The position numbers and the translations under genes were made by a program. This document shows positions 7,297 to 16,096 of a DNA stretch of 16,648 nt, piece by piece (position 1 is the first letter of the stretch; every line of letters starts with the position of its first letter). Origin of the DNA: Candidatus Solibacter sp. (GTDB taxonomy: Bacteria > Acidobacteriota > Terriglobia > Bryobacterales > Bryobacteraceae); NCBI GenBank assembly GCA_017883355.1, contig JADGNS010000011.1, positions 1 through 16,648 on the forward strand, read 5' to 3'. Under the pieces are notes generated by a model that was not told the origin of the DNA, ran no database searches, and saw nothing but the letters and a program-made list of their open reading frames with translations.

Positions 7297-7806
7297 CTAC
7301 AACTTGTCGATGGCCAGACCGCGCATTTCAGCCACGGTGTTCTTGTCGCGAAGCGCTTCGAGCGCCACGATGGTCGCCTTTACCACGTTGTGCGGGTTGC
7401 GCCGTCCGATGGATTTGGTCAGCACATTGGGCACGCCGCACGCCGTGATCACCGCGCGCACCGCTCCGCCCGCGATCACACCGGTACCGGCCGCGGCCGG
7501 CTTCAGCAGCACCTGGCTGGAGGCATACTGCCCGAGCACCCGGTGGGCGATGGTGGTTTCCAGCACGTGGACCTTGCGCAGATTCTTCTTGGCGGCTTCG
7601 ATCCCCTTGCGAATCGCGCTCGGCACTTCCTTGGCCTTGCCGACCCCGTAGCCCACCACCTTCGCCTGCGGATCGCCGATCACCACCAGCGCCGAAAAGC
7701 TCAGGTTCTTGCCGCCCTTCACCACCTTGGTGACGCGGTTGATTGCCACCACCTGCTCTTTGAGATTCAGCGTCGCCGGGTCGATGCGTTTCACTATCGT
7801 AGCCAT
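7297..7806 (-). CDS. rpsE: 30S ribosomal protein uS5
   Basis: ...EQVVAINRVTKVVKGGKNLSFSALVVIGD... is the uS5 dsRBD motif. ATG at 7804-7806, TAG at 7297-7299, 169 aa. Confidence 0.96.
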   Translation of the reverse strand: MATIVKRIDPATLNLKEQVVAINRVTKVVKGGKNLSFSALVVIGDPQAKVVGYGVGKAKEVPSAIRKGIEAAKKNLRKVHVLETTIAHRVLGQYASSQVLLKPAAAGTGVIAGGAVRAVITACGVPNVLTKSIGRRNPHNVVKATIVALEALRDKNTVAEMRGLAIDKL

Positions 7807-7809
7807 GAA

Positions 7810-8169
7810 TTAAAACTCCAGTCCCGCTTCGCGCGCCGCATCCGCCAGCGCTTTCACGCGCCCGTGATATTGATAGCCGCCGCGATCGAAGACCACGCTC
7901 TTGATGCCCTTTTCCTTGGCCCGCTCCGCCACCAGCTTGCCAATCGCCTTGGCCGCCGCCACGTTGCCGCCCTTCGTCTTTCCCGCCTTATCGACGGTCG
8001 AGGCCGAAACCACCGTGGCGCCCGCCACGTCGTCGATGACCTGCGCGTAGATATGCGCCACGCTGCGGAACACCGCCAGGCGCGGGCGCGCCGCGGTCCC
8101 CGACAGCTTGCGCCGGATGCGCTTATGAATGCGACTGCGGATTTCTTTCTTTTCAGGCTTTTTGATCAT
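7810..8169 (-). CDS. rplR: 50S ribosomal protein uL18
   Basis: ...[20 protein letters not shown]...[25 protein letters not shown] is canonical uL18. ATG at 8167-8169 overlaps the rplF stop (ATGA). 119 aa. Confidence 0.96.
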   Translation of the reverse strand: MIKKPEKKEIRSRIHKRIRRKLSGTAARPRLAVFRSVAHIYAQVIDDVAGATVVSASTVDKAGKTKGGNVAAAKAIGKLVAERAKEKGIKSVVFDRGGYQYHGRVKALADAAREAGLEF

Positions 8170-8702
8170 TTGGCACTCGCCCCGGTCTTACCGACCTTCT
8201 TGCGCAGCGCCTCGCCCGTGTAACGGATACCCTTGTTCTTGTAGGGATCCGGTTTGCGGAGCGCCCGCATGTTCGCCGCCACCTGGCCCAGCAACTGGCG
8301 GTCATGCCCGCTCAGCACCAGGTGCGTCTGTTTGTCGATCTTGAGATCCACACCGTCGGGCAGCATCATCTCGATGGGATGAGAGTAGCCCAGCGTGAAG
8401 GTCACGATCTTACCTTTGACATCGGCGCGATAGCCAATGCCGACGATGTCCAGTTCGCGCACGAACCCGCCCGAGACGCCTTGCACGGCATTGGCCGCCA
8501 ACGCGCGGGTCAGCCCGTGCAGCGCCGCGTGCTCGTCGCCCGACCGCTTCACTTCCAGCTTGCCATCGGCCTGCTGAAACGTGATGCCGTGCGGAATCGG
8601 CACCATCAACTTGCCCTTCGGGCCGGTGACTTCCAGTTGCTCGCCGACCGTGATTTTCACGCCGCTCGGCAGCGGGATCGGCTTCTTACCAATTCTCGAC
8701 AT
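8166..8702 (-). CDS. rplF: 50S ribosomal protein uL6
   Basis: [19 protein letters not shown]... is the canonical uL6 N-terminus. 178 aa, TGA at 8166-8168. Confidence 0.96.
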   Translation of the reverse strand: MSRIGKKPIPLPSGVKITVGEQLEVTGPKGKLMVPIPHGITFQQADGKLEVKRSGDEHAALHGLTRALAANAVQGVSGGFVRELDIVGIGYRADVKGKIVTFTLGYSHPIEMMLPDGVDLKIDKQTHLVLSGHDRQLLGQVAANMRALRKPDPYKNKGIRYTGEALRKKVGKTGASAK

Positions 8703-8714
8703 AGTTCGGTAACC

Positions 8715-9110
8715 TCACCACACACGGCAGAGAATCTCTCCGCCCAGGTGCTCCTTGTGCGCGTCGCGGCCCGTCATCACGCCCTTCGGCGTCGTCAGAA
8801 TGTTGATTCCGAGGCCGCCCAATACGCGCGGGATGTCCGTCTGCCCGACATACACCCGGCAGCCCGGGCGCGATACGCGCTCGATCGCCGAGATCACCGG
8901 CGAGTTGTTTCCGCCGTACTTCAAATAGATCTTGATGGTCTTCTTCGCGCCTTCTTCCGCCACCTTGAAATTGGTAATGTAGCCTTCCTCTTTCAGAATG
9001 CGCGCGATTTCCGCTTTCAGCTTGGAGGCCGGCACGTCCACCTTCGGGTGGCGGGCCTGGATCGCGTTGCGAACGCGAGTCAGCATGTCGGCAATTGGAT
9101 CGCTCGTCAT
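8715..9110 (-). CDS. rpsH: 30S ribosomal protein uS8
   Basis: MTSDPIADMLTRVRNA... is the canonical uS8 N-terminus. 131 aa, ATG at 9108-9110, TGA at 8715-8717. Confidence 0.96.
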   Translation of the reverse strand: MTSDPIADMLTRVRNAIQARHPKVDVPASKLKAEIARILKEEGYITNFKVAEEGAKKTIKIYLKYGGNNSPVISAIERVSRPGCRVYVGQTDIPRVLGGLGINILTTPKGVMTGRDAHKEHLGGEILCRVW

Positions 9111-9129
9111 AGTTCTCCTACTTCACTTC

Positions 9130-9339
9130 CTACCAGCTAGCCTTGGTCACACCCGGAATCTCGCCATTCAGGGCGAGCTTGCGGAAGCAGAGGCGGCAAA
9201 TTCCGAACTTGCGCAGAAACGCGCGGGGCCTTCCACATCGCCAGCAGCGGTTCCGGTGGCGGCACTGCAGTTTGGGCGTTTTGGCCTTGCGGGCCTTTTC
9301 CAGCTTTACGTCTTTCGCAATTTTTGCGGTTGTGGCCAT
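9130..9339 (-). CDS. rpsN: 30S ribosomal protein uS14, type Z (zinc-binding short form)
   Basis: 69 aa with CWRC (C32/C35) and CRLC (C48/C51) pairs. The C-terminus ...[11 protein letters not shown] is diagnostic for uS14. It sits between rplE and rpsH. Confidence 0.95.
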   Translation of the reverse strand: MATTAKIAKDVKLEKARKAKTPKLQCRHRNRCWRCGRPRAFLRKFGICRLCFRKLALNGEIPGVTKASW

Positions 9340-9355
9340 CTCTTAATCCTTCTCC

Positions 9356-9901
9356 TTACGCAGCCCGGAACGGCATACCCATTTGCTTCAACAGCGCCAG
9401 GCCTTCCGCATCGGTGCGGGCCGTGGTGGTGATGGAAATGTTCATTCCCTTGGTCTTGTCCACCTTGGCGTAATCGATCTCCGGGAAAATCAACTGGTCC
9501 TTAATACCCAGCGTGTAATTCCCCCGCCCGTCAAAGCTCTTCGTGCTCAAACCGCGGAAATCGCGCACGCGGGGCAGCGCCACGTTGACCAGCCGGTCGA
9601 AGAATTCGTACATCCGGTCGCCGCGCAACGTCACCATGCAGCCGATCGACTGGCCTTCGCGCAACTTGAACTGGGCGATCGATTTCGTCGCCTTGGTGAT
9701 CACCGGCTTTTGTCCCGCGATCTGCGTGAGCTCGTTGACCGCGCCATCCATCAGTTTGGCGTTCTGCGTGGCTTCGCCCATCCCGATATTGACCGTGATC
9801 TTATCGATCTTCGGGACCGCCATCACGTTCTTGTAGTTGAACTCTTTGCTCAACGACGGAACCACGGTCTTGGTGTATTTCTCTCTCAAACGCGCTGCCA
9901 T
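9356..9901 (-). CDS. rplE: 50S ribosomal protein uL5
   Basis: ...[20 protein letters not shown]...PRVRDFRGL...[11 protein letters not shown]... 181 aa, ATG at 9899-9901, TAA at 9356-9358. Confidence 0.96.
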   Translation of the reverse strand: MAARLREKYTKTVVPSLSKEFNYKNVMAVPKIDKITVNIGMGEATQNAKLMDGAVNELTQIAGQKPVITKATKSIAQFKLREGQSIGCMVTLRGDRMYEFFDRLVNVALPRVRDFRGLSTKSFDGRGNYTLGIKDQLIFPEIDYAKVDKTKGMNISITTTARTDAEGLALLKQMGMPFRAA

Positions 9902-9908
9902 GAAATCC

Positions 9909-10280
9909 TCACTTCCTGTCGAGCGTCTGGCCGCACTTGCGGCACACGCGCACGCGGCGGGCCTTGCCGCCGGCTACATTGTCGATGTGGTGGGCCACCC
10001 GCACCGCCTTGTGGCAGCCCGGGCACACCAACATCACGTTGGACGCCTGGATCGGGCTCTCGCGCTCCGCGATGCCCCCCTTGATCTGCTTGCCCGGATT
10101 GGGACGCGTGTGACGTTTGATCATCATCACGTGTTCCACCAGGACCTTGCCCGTATCGCGATTCACCGCCAGCACACGGCCCTGCTTGCCCTTGTCGCGG
10201 CCGGTGATCACCTTGACCGTGTCTTCCTTCTTGATATCGATCCGCACTGGCTCGGCCAGTTTCCGTTTTGCGATTGCCAT
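9909..10280 (-). CDS. rplX: 50S ribosomal protein uL24 with a C-terminal Cys4 motif
   Basis: KOW motif [23 protein letters not shown], then ...[16 protein letters not shown]...[18 protein letters not shown] at 10278-10280 shares one base with the rplN TGA (TGATG). 123 aa. Confidence 0.95.
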   Translation of the reverse strand: MAIAKRKLAEPVRIDIKKEDTVKVITGRDKGKQGRVLAVNRDTGKVLVEHVMMIKRHTRPNPGKQIKGGIAERESPIQASNVMLVCPGCHKAVRVAHHIDNVAGGKARRVRVCRKCGQTLDRK

Positions 10281-10648
10281 CAGATTACCTCGGGGGCCAG
10301 CGAAACGATCTTCATGAACTTCTTATCGCGCAGTTCCCGGGCGACCGGCCCGAATACGCGCGTGCCCACCGGCTCGCCCACATCGTTAATCAACACCGCC
10401 GCGTTGGAATCGAAACGAATGTACGTCCCGTCCTTGCGCCGCGTTTCCTTGCGCATGCGGACGATCACGCAGCGCACCACTTTACCCTTCTTGATCGCCG
10501 AATCGGGAGCTGCCTCTTTCACGGCGGCGGTGACCACGTCACCCAGTCCGGCGCGCAGGCCGAGGTCGCCACCGCGCGGCAAAATGCAGGAAAGCCTGCG
10601 CGCGCCGCTGTTGTCGGCCACCTCGAGAATTGTACGCATTCCTATCAT
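10280..10648 (-). CDS. rplN: 50S ribosomal protein uL14
   Basis: Track ORF 10280-10792 trimmed to ATG 10646-10648 ([22 protein letters not shown]...), the canonical uL14 N-terminus. This gives exactly 122 aa. The longer ORF would overlap rpsQ. Confidence 0.94.
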   Translation of the reverse strand: MIGMRTILEVADNSGARRLSCILPRGGDLGLRAGLGDVVTAAVKEAAPDSAIKKGKVVRCVIVRMRKETRRKDGTYIRFDSNAAVLINDVGEPVGTRVFGPVARELRDKKFMKIVSLAPEVI

Positions 10649-10689
10649 AAAATTTGTCTCCGCTAACCGCTGTCTTGCGGCAGCGCTCT

Positions 10690-11019
10690 TTAAACCTTGA
10701 CGTCCAGATCCTTCGGCTGCGCGGCCACCTGCGGCGCCCGCCGCACGATATCCATCAGCCGCCACCGCTTCAGTTTGCTCAGCGGACGGCACTCCACGAT
10801 GCGAACCACATCGCCCAGCTTCGCCGTGCCCTCTTCATCGTGCGCGTAGAATTTCTTCCGCTTGCCGATGATGCGCTTATACAAGGGATGCGGCACCCGC
10901 CGGCTGACTTCCACCACGATGGTCTTCTGCATCTTGGTCGAAACCACTTCGCCCACCTTCTCGTTTTTCAACGCCGTCCGGGCGTCCTTCAATGCCGTCT
11001 TGGCTTCGGTTTCGGCCAT
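10690..11019 (-). CDS. rpsQ: 30S ribosomal protein uS17
   Basis: ...[42 protein letters not shown]...[17 protein letters not shown]. 109 aa, ATG at 11017-11019, directly abutting the rpmC stop. Confidence 0.95.
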   Translation of the reverse strand: MAETEAKTALKDARTALKNEKVGEVVSTKMQKTIVVEVSRRVPHPLYKRIIGKRKKFYAHDEEGTAKLGDVVRIVECRPLSKLKRWRLMDIVRRAPQVAAQPKDLDVKV

Positions 11020-11223
11020 CTACTTCTTCTCCCCCGCCAACTCCCGCTCCCGCAGGATGGTGTAAATCCGCGCCCGATCCTTCTTCATCTGACGGACCTT
11101 CTTCAGGCCTTCCATCTGTCCCATCGACATCTGAAAATGAAGACGGAACATTTGCTCGTCCATTTCCTTCAACTGCTGCTTAATTTCCTGCTCGTCCAGA
11201 TCGCGAACCTTCTGCGCCTTCAT
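11020..11223 (-). CDS. rpmC: 50S ribosomal protein uL29
   Basis: 67 aa, MKAQKVRDLDEQEIKQQLKEMDEQMFRLHFQ... is a typical uL29 helical hairpin. It has the canonical position between rplP and rpsQ. Confidence 0.94.
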   Translation of the reverse strand: MKAQKVRDLDEQEIKQQLKEMDEQMFRLHFQMSMGQMEGLKKVRQMKKDRARIYTILRERELAGEKK

Positions 11224-11228
11224 ATCCG

Positions 11229-11645
11229 TTACTCCGCGTCTTCCCGGCCAACAAACTTGGTCTTGATGGGCAGCTTATGGGCTGCCAGCCGCATGGCGGC
11301 CAGTGCCGTCGCCCGGTCCACGCCTTCCATTTCGAAAAGGATCTTCCCGGGACGAATCACCGCCACCCACTCCTCCGGCGCGCCTTTCCCTTTACCCATA
11401 CGGGTTTCAGCGGGCTTCTTGGTGATCGGCTTGTCCGGGAACAAACGGATCCACACCTTGCCGCCGCGCTTGATGGAGCGCGTCATGGCCACGCGGGCGG
11501 CTTCGATCTGCCGCGACGTGATCCATGCGCATTCCATGGCCTTCAACCCGAACTCACCGAAAGAGATCGACGATCCGCGCCAGGCCTTGCCGCACATGCG
11601 GCCGCGCTGCTGCTTTCTGAACTTGACCTTCTTTGGCATCATCAT
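11229..11645 (-). CDS. rplP: 50S ribosomal protein uL16
   Basis: [16 protein letters not shown]...RMGKGKG... Three consecutive ATGs (11645, 11642, 11639), so the exact start is uncertain by up to 6 nt. TAA at 11229-11231. Confidence 0.95.
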   Translation of the reverse strand: MMMPKKVKFRKQQRGRMCGKAWRGSSISFGEFGLKAMECAWITSRQIEAARVAMTRSIKRGGKVWIRLFPDKPITKKPAETRMGKGKGAPEEWVAVIRPGKILFEMEGVDRATALAAMRLAAHKLPIKTKFVGREDAE

Positions 11646-11665
11646 GGCGGTATGCCCTCAATTCC

Positions 11666-12658
11666 TTACTTGTTCTCACCCGGATCTTCCGGCTTCTGCT
11701 CGACAGCCGGCTTGGTCTCGGGTTCCTGCGTAGTTTCCTGACGGGCCTCCTGCTTCCAGGAGGGCTGTTGCGGCGACATCAGCGGCGGCAGAATCGGCGT
11801 CACCGGACGCGCTGCCGGACGCGGCAGATCGCTCGGCGCGGTCTGCACCGCGGGACCCGTCGCTTCTACCGGCGGAGCCGTGTGCACCGGCGGCCGGTCG
11901 CGCTGTCCGCCACGATCGCCACCACGGTCTCCACCCCTATCCCCACCGCGATCCCGGCGGTCCGGACGATCCCTGCGGTCGCGCAAATCGCGCCGCGGTT
12001 CCGGATCGGGCAGCAGATTGCGCCGCTTCGTGAGATCCAGAATCTCGCCCTTGTACAACCACGCCTTGATTCCGATTACGCCGTAGGTGGTGTGCGCTTC
12101 GGCGAAACCGTAATCGATATCGGCGCGCAGGGTATGCAGCGGAAGCTGCCCCTGCAAATACCATTCGCTGCGCGCGATTTCCGCGCCGTTCAAGCGGCCG
12201 CTCACGCGCACCTTGATGCCCTTGCAGCCGAAGCGCAGCGCCGAATCCACCGCCTTGCGCATGGCGCGCCGGAAGGCCACGCGCTTTTCCAACTGCAAAG
12301 CGATCGATTCGCTCACCAGTTGGGCGTCCAACTCGGGCTTGTGCACTTCCTGAATGTCGATGAAGACCTCACGCTTGGTCTTCTTCGCCATGTCCTGCTT
12401 GAGCTTTTCGATCTCCGCGCCCTTGCGCCCGATGATGATGCCCGGTCGCGACGTGCGGATGGTGACCCGCAGCTTGTTGCCCGGACGATCCACCTCGATC
12501 GAGCTCACGCCGGCGCTCTTCAGCCTTTCGGTCAGCGCCGTCTTCAGCTCCAGGTCTTCCTGCAACAGCTTGGCGTAGCCCTGCTTGGCGAACCAGCGCG
12601 ACCGCCACGGCTTATTAAAGCCAAGACGGAATCCGTACGGATGAACTTTCTGTCCCAT
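11666..12658 (-). CDS. rpsC: 30S ribosomal protein uS3 with a long low-complexity C-terminal extension
   Basis: [23 protein letters not shown]..., KH motif [14 protein letters not shown]. The conserved body ends near residue 207. The ORF continues to residue 330, TAA at 11666-11668. ATG at 12656-12658 abuts the rplV stop. Confidence 0.94.
   Translation of the reverse strand: MGQKVHPYGFRLGFNKPWRSRWFAKQGYAKLLQEDLELKTALTERLKSAGVSSIEVDRPGNKLRVTIRTSRPGIIIGRKGAEIEKLKQDMAKKTKREVFIDIQEVHKPELDAQLVSESIALQLEKRVAFRRAMRKAVDSALRFGCKGIKVRVSGRLNGAEIARSEWYLQGQLPLHTLRADIDYGFAEAHTTYGVIGIKAWLYKGEILDLTKRRNLLPDPEPRRDLRDRRDRPDRRDRGGDRGGDRGGDRGGQRDRPPVHTAPPVEATGPAVQTAPSDLPRPAARPVTPILPPLMSPQQPSWKQEARQETTQEPETKPAVEQKPEDPGENK
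11906..11953 (-). repeat. In-frame coding tandem repeat (Asp-Arg-Gly-Gly)x4 inside the rpsC tail
   Basis: Minus-strand codons are GAT CGC GGT GGG / GAT AGG GGT GGA / GAC CGT GGT GGC / GAT CGT GGC GGA. The peptide repeat is perfect and the nucleotide repeat is imperfect. Confidence 0.85.
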
Positions 12659-12997
12659 CTATTCTTTCTCCGTCACTTTGATGACGATATGTGCCAAACG
12701 ACGCTGATACCGGTAGGCGCGCCCCATCGGCGCCGGGCGTACCCGTTTCATCCGGGGTCCCTCGTTGACGTACGCTTCGCTCACGTAAAGCTGGTCGACA
12801 TCGACGTCTTCATTTCGGTTCGTCGCGTTGGCGATGGCGCTTTGCAGCACCTTCTCCACCGTCGGCGCAATGCGCTTGTTGGTGGTGCGCAGCGTGGTCA
12901 ACGCCGCCCCCGCCTGCTGGCCGCGGATCAGGTCCACTACCAGCCGCGCTTTCTGCGGGGAGACTCGGATATATCGTGCTTCCGCTTTTGCTTGCAT
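12659..12997 (-). CDS. rplV: 50S ribosomal protein uL22
   Basis: MQAKAEARYIRVSPQKARLVVDLIRGQ... 112 aa, ATG at 12995-12997, TAG at 12659-12661. Confidence 0.96.
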   Translation of the reverse strand: MQAKAEARYIRVSPQKARLVVDLIRGQQAGAALTTLRTTNKRIAPTVEKVLQSAIANATNRNEDVDVDQLYVSEAYVNEGPRMKRVRPAPMGRAYRYQRRLAHIVIKVTEKE

Positions 12998-13021
12998 GCT
13001 ATCCTCTATGCCGTCCGGCGC

Positions 13022-13312
13022 TTAAGCCGGCTTCGAAGTCTTCTCCGTCGCCGCCTTCACCGAGTGTCCCTTGAACGTGCGGGTGGGCGAAAACTCGCCC
13101 AGCTTGTGCCCCACCATGTTCTCGGTCACATACACCGGGATGAACTTCTTCCCGTTGTGCACCGCCACGGTGTGCCCCACAAACTCCGGAAGGATGGTGG
13201 ATCGCCGCGACCACGTGCGCACAACCTTCTTCTCGTTGGTCGCGGCCAGCACGGCCAGCTTGGCTTCCAGGTGAGTATCGGTAAACGGTCCCTTTTTTAC
13301 GCTTCTGCCCAT
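13022..13312 (-). CDS. rpsS: 30S ribosomal protein uS19
   Basis: [10 protein letters not shown]...[35 protein letters not shown]. 96 aa. Confidence 0.96.
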   Translation of the reverse strand: MGRSVKKGPFTDTHLEAKLAVLAATNEKKVVRTWSRRSTILPEFVGHTVAVHNGKKFIPVYVTENMVGHKLGEFSPTRTFKGHSVKAATEKTSKPA

Positions 13313-13316
13313 TCCC

Positions 13317-14147
13317 TTACCTCTTCTTGCTCTTGCGGTTGACGATCCACTTGTCGGTGCGCTTGTTGTTGCGCGTCTTGAAACCGCGAGTGGGCTGGCC
13401 CCAGGGCGTCACCGGGTGCCGGCCTCCCGAAGTCTTGCCCTCGCCGCCGCCGTGCGGGTGATCCACCGGGTTCATCGTAACGCCGCGGTTGTGGGGCGTC
13501 TTCCCCATCCAGCGCTTGCGTCCCGCCTTTCCCAGCGAAACGTTTTCATGGTCCACGTTGCCCACCTGGCCCACCGTCGCCATGCATTCCACCAGCACGC
13601 GCCGGATCTCGCCCGAGGGCAGCTTCAACAACGCCATGCCGGCTTCGCGGGATACCAACTGGGCCTGCGTTCCCGCCGAGCGCGCCATCTGCGCACCCTT
13701 GCCGGGCTTCAGTTCGATATTGTGAACCACCGTGCCCGCCGGAATGTTCTTCAGCGGAAGCGCGTTGCCGATCAGGATGTCGGCCGTCGCGCCGCTCATG
13801 ATCTTCATGCCCACCTTCAGCCCGTCGGGCTGCAGGATGTAGCGCTTCTCCCCGTCCGCGTAATGCAACAGCGCGATGCGCGCCGAGCGGTTGGGATCGT
13901 ATTCGATGGCCGCGACCACGGCCGGAATGCCGCTCTTGTCGCGCTTGAAATCAATCACCCGGTACGCCTTCTTGGCGCCGCCGCCGATGAACCGCGAAGT
14001 CACGCGGCCCGTGCTGTTGCGGCCGCCGGTGCGCGACTTCGATTCCACCAGCGATTTCTCCGGACGATCCTTGGTGATGTCCTCGCGGGAAACTACCGTC
14101 TGGAAGCGCCGGGTCGGGGTCGTGGGTCTATAAGTCTTGATAGGCAT
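13317..14147 (-). CDS. rplB: 50S ribosomal protein uL2
   Basis: [14 protein letters not shown]...[25 protein letters not shown]. 276 aa. Confidence 0.97.
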   Translation of the reverse strand: MPIKTYRPTTPTRRFQTVVSREDITKDRPEKSLVESKSRTGGRNSTGRVTSRFIGGGAKKAYRVIDFKRDKSGIPAVVAAIEYDPNRSARIALLHYADGEKRYILQPDGLKVGMKIMSGATADILIGNALPLKNIPAGTVVHNIELKPGKGAQMARSAGTQAQLVSREAGMALLKLPSGEIRRVLVECMATVGQVGNVDHENVSLGKAGRKRWMGKTPHNRGVTMNPVDHPHGGGEGKTSGGRHPVTPWGQPTRGFKTRNNKRTDKWIVNRKSKKR

Positions 14148-14159
14148 GGTCGATTCCCC

Positions 14160-14447
14160 TTAAATCTCCGCAAAGTCGGGGACTTTCTCCCCCGCCTTCA
14201 GCCTCACGTAGGCCTTTTTCCAGTCCGCGCGGTATCCGGAGAAACGGCCGCGCCGCCGCAGCTTGCCTTCGAACGTCGCGGTGCGCACTTCATCCACCTT
14301 GACCTTGAACAGCTTCTCCACCGCGGCTTTGACCTGCGTCTTGTTGGCGTCCGGGTGTACCTGGAAGCATAACGTACGCTCTTCGTCTTTCTTGAGCACG
14401 CCCTTCTCCGTTACCAGCGGGCGCTGAATTACTTCATAGAGGTTCAT
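14160..14447 (-). CDS. rplW: 50S ribosomal protein uL23
   Basis: MNLYEVIQRPLVTEKG...KKAYV.L. 95 aa. ATG at 14445-14447 overlaps the rplD stop (ATGA). Confidence 0.95.
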   Translation of the reverse strand: MNLYEVIQRPLVTEKGVLKKDEERTLCFQVHPDANKTQVKAAVEKLFKVKVDEVRTATFEGKLRRRGRFSGYRADWKKAYVRLKAGEKVPDFAEI

Positions 14448-15070
14448 TTTGCGAGTGCCTCCGAGAACTTGCGCGCGGCGGCTTCGCTGATCAGTACGCT
14501 CTTGTGTCCCAGCAGGTGATACGGGTTCACTTCGCGCGTGGCCAGCAGCGTCACGCCCTTGAGGTTGCGCAAACCCAGTTCCAGGTTGCGGTTGTCGTCG
14601 TTATCCACCACCAGAACCGTACGCCCGGCTTCCAGCTTCGCCAGCACGTTCATCGCGTTCCTGGTCTTGTTGTCGGCGAAATTGAAGGCCTGCACGACCT
14701 TCAGCTCACCGTCCCGAACCTTGGCCGAGAGCGCCGAGCGCAGCGCGCCCACCAACATCTTTTTGGGCAGCTTGTAGCTGTAGTCGCGCGGCTGCGGTCC
14801 GTGGACAATGCCGCCGTGGCGCCAGATGGGCGACCGCACCGAACCGATTCGCGCCCGGCCCGTGCCCTTCTGCTTCCACAGCTTCTTGCCGGAGCCGGCC
14901 ACTTCCCGGCGCACCTTCGTCGCGTGCGTGCCGGCGCGATTGCTCGCCTGGAACTGCCGCACCGCCTCGTACAACAACGATTGGTTGACGGGCGCCCCAA
15001 AAACGTCGTCGGCCAGTTCTACTTCGCTGACCTTCTGATTATTCAAATCCACTACATCGACTGTCGGCAT
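14444..15070 (-). CDS. rplD: 50S ribosomal protein uL4
   Basis: ...LWKQKGTGRARIGSVRSPIWRHGGIVHGP... 208 aa. Confidence 0.96.
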   Translation of the reverse strand: MPTVDVVDLNNQKVSEVELADDVFGAPVNQSLLYEAVRQFQASNRAGTHATKVRREVAGSGKKLWKQKGTGRARIGSVRSPIWRHGGIVHGPQPRDYSYKLPKKMLVGALRSALSAKVRDGELKVVQAFNFADNKTRNAMNVLAKLEAGRTVLVVDNDDNRNLELGLRNLKGVTLLATREVNPYHLLGHKSVLISEAAARKFSEALAK

Positions 15071-15075
15071 GGCAG

Positions 15076-15708
15076 TTACCTCTTCGACCTCCGCACCAGC
15101 ACGTATCCGCCATTCGGACCCGGAACCGCGCCCTTCACCACCAGCACGTTGTCCTCGGTGTCGACTTCGATCACCTCCAGATTGCGCACTGTGATTTGGG
15201 CATTGCCCAAATGTCCGCCCATGCGCATGCCGGGCACAACCCGCGAAGGGTAGCTGGATGCGCCGATCGATCCGGGCGCCCGGTGGAACATCGATCCGTG
15301 CGAGCCTTCACCGCCACGAAAGTGGTGGCGTTTGACTACGCCCGCGAACCCTTTGCCCTTGCTGATGCCGATGACATCCACTTTGTCGGTGGGTTTGAAC
15401 TGACTGACCAGCACCTGATCGCCGGCCTTCAAATCGTCAGACCCCGGACCGAGCGGGAACTCGCGCATGAACTTCGCGCCATCGATGCCGGCTTTCTTCA
15501 AACGGCCGGCGGTAGGCTTATTAATACGCTGCGGCTTGATGAACTCGAGCAGGCCGAGTTGCACCGCGTCGTACCCGTCGGTGGTCGGCGTCTTGCGCTG
15601 CACCACCATGCACGGGCCGGCTTTCAGCAGCGTGACCGGCACCACCTGCCCGTCCGGCCGGAACAACTGCGTCATTCCAATCTTCTTGCCAAGGATTCCT
15701 GGACTCAT
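15076..15708 (-). CDS. rplC: 50S ribosomal protein uL3
   Basis: [16 protein letters not shown]...[19 protein letters not shown]. 210 aa, AAGGAAG 5 nt upstream of the ATG. Confidence 0.96.
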   Translation of the reverse strand: MSPGILGKKIGMTQLFRPDGQVVPVTLLKAGPCMVVQRKTPTTDGYDAVQLGLLEFIKPQRINKPTAGRLKKAGIDGAKFMREFPLGPGSDDLKAGDQVLVSQFKPTDKVDVIGISKGKGFAGVVKRHHFRGGEGSHGSMFHRAPGSIGASSYPSRVVPGMRMGGHLGNAQITVRNLEVIEVDTEDNVLVVKGAVPGPNGGYVLVRRSKR

Positions 15709-15767
15709 GTCAACTTCCTTGCGGGCACAGCTCGCTAGCGTGCGGCTGGCGGCCCAAAATTTCTCAA

Positions 15768-16088
15768 CTACTTACCGAACGCTTTGATTTCCACATCCAC
15801 ACCGGCCGGCAGATCGAGCTTCATCAGCGCGTCTACCGTCTGCTGGGTCGGTTCCAGGATGTCGAGAAGGCGTTTGTGCGTCCGGATTTCAAACTGTTCC
15901 CGCGATTTCTTGTCCACGTGCGGCGACCGCAACACGGTCGTGATCGTGCGCGACGTGGGCAGCGGAATCGGACCGGCGACGGTTGCGCCGGTCCGCTTCG
16001 CGGTATCCACAATCTCCGTCGTCGACTGATCCAGAATGCGATGATCGTACGCCTTCAGACGGATTCGAATACGTTCTCTCAGAGCCAT
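15768..16088 (-). CDS. rpsJ: 30S ribosomal protein uS10
   Basis: ...[16 protein letters not shown]...GPIPLPT...[24 protein letters not shown]. 106 aa. ATG at 16086-16088 lies only 8 nt after the tuf stop. Confidence 0.96.
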   Translation of the reverse strand: MALRERIRIRLKAYDHRILDQSTTEIVDTAKRTGATVAGPIPLPTSRTITTVLRSPHVDKKSREQFEIRTHKRLLDILEPTQQTVDALMKLDLPAGVDVEIKAFGK

Positions 16089-16096
16089 CGATATGC

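Noticed and set aside
6272-7651. 459-aa plus-strand ORF
   Set aside because: It is antisense to secY, rplO, rpmD and rpsE. Its low-complexity Pro/Arg/Ser-rich translation and cause match the other antisense ORFs (a high-GC artefact).
1769-10792. N-terminal extensions of track ORFs: rpoA to 1819, rpsM to 3490, infA to 3889, map to 4617, adk to 5333, rplN to 10792
   Set aside because: The extensions add non-homologous residues and overlap the upstream gene by 47-144 nt. They also ignore internal starts that reproduce canonical N-termini with SD motifs at proper spacing.
11888-11998. Repetitive DNA that could be mistaken for a VNTR, a CRISPR-like repeat or an assembly artefact
   Set aside because: The periodicity is 12 nt, in frame within rpsC, with only four imperfect nucleotide units and no spacers. 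It is a coding peptide repeat, not a CRISPR array or a non-coding tandem repeat.
11633-13342. 569-aa plus-strand ORF, the longest ORF in the window
   Set aside because: It lies entirely antisense to rpsC, rplV and rpsS, whose identities are unambiguous. Its translation is Arg/Leu/His/Ala/Pro-rich with no recognisable motif. Long open antisense frames are expected opposite GC3-rich coding sequence.
1761-15000. Out-of-frame minus-strand ORFs overlapping real genes (1761-2072, 2334-2624, 2887-3075, 3415-3672, 5267-5476, 5606-6268, 696-1238, 11937-12164, 12369-12608, 12999-13214, 14701-15000)
   Set aside because: These are alternative frames of the ribosomal, secY and adk genes. Their Arg/Gly/Ala-rich translations have no homology signal and are typical GC-rich frame noise.
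713-15738. Other plus-strand ORFs of 130-360 aa (713-1783, 1967-2551, 2630-3418, 3841-4536, 4593-5261, 7390-8223, 8304-9140, 9383-10084, 9837-10700, 10654-11733, 13416-14372, 14504-15253, 15196-15738)
   Set aside because: Each is fully shadowed by strongly identified minus-strand genes. None has family motifs or a convincing SD plus start context. There is no room for independent genes in this tightly packed operon.
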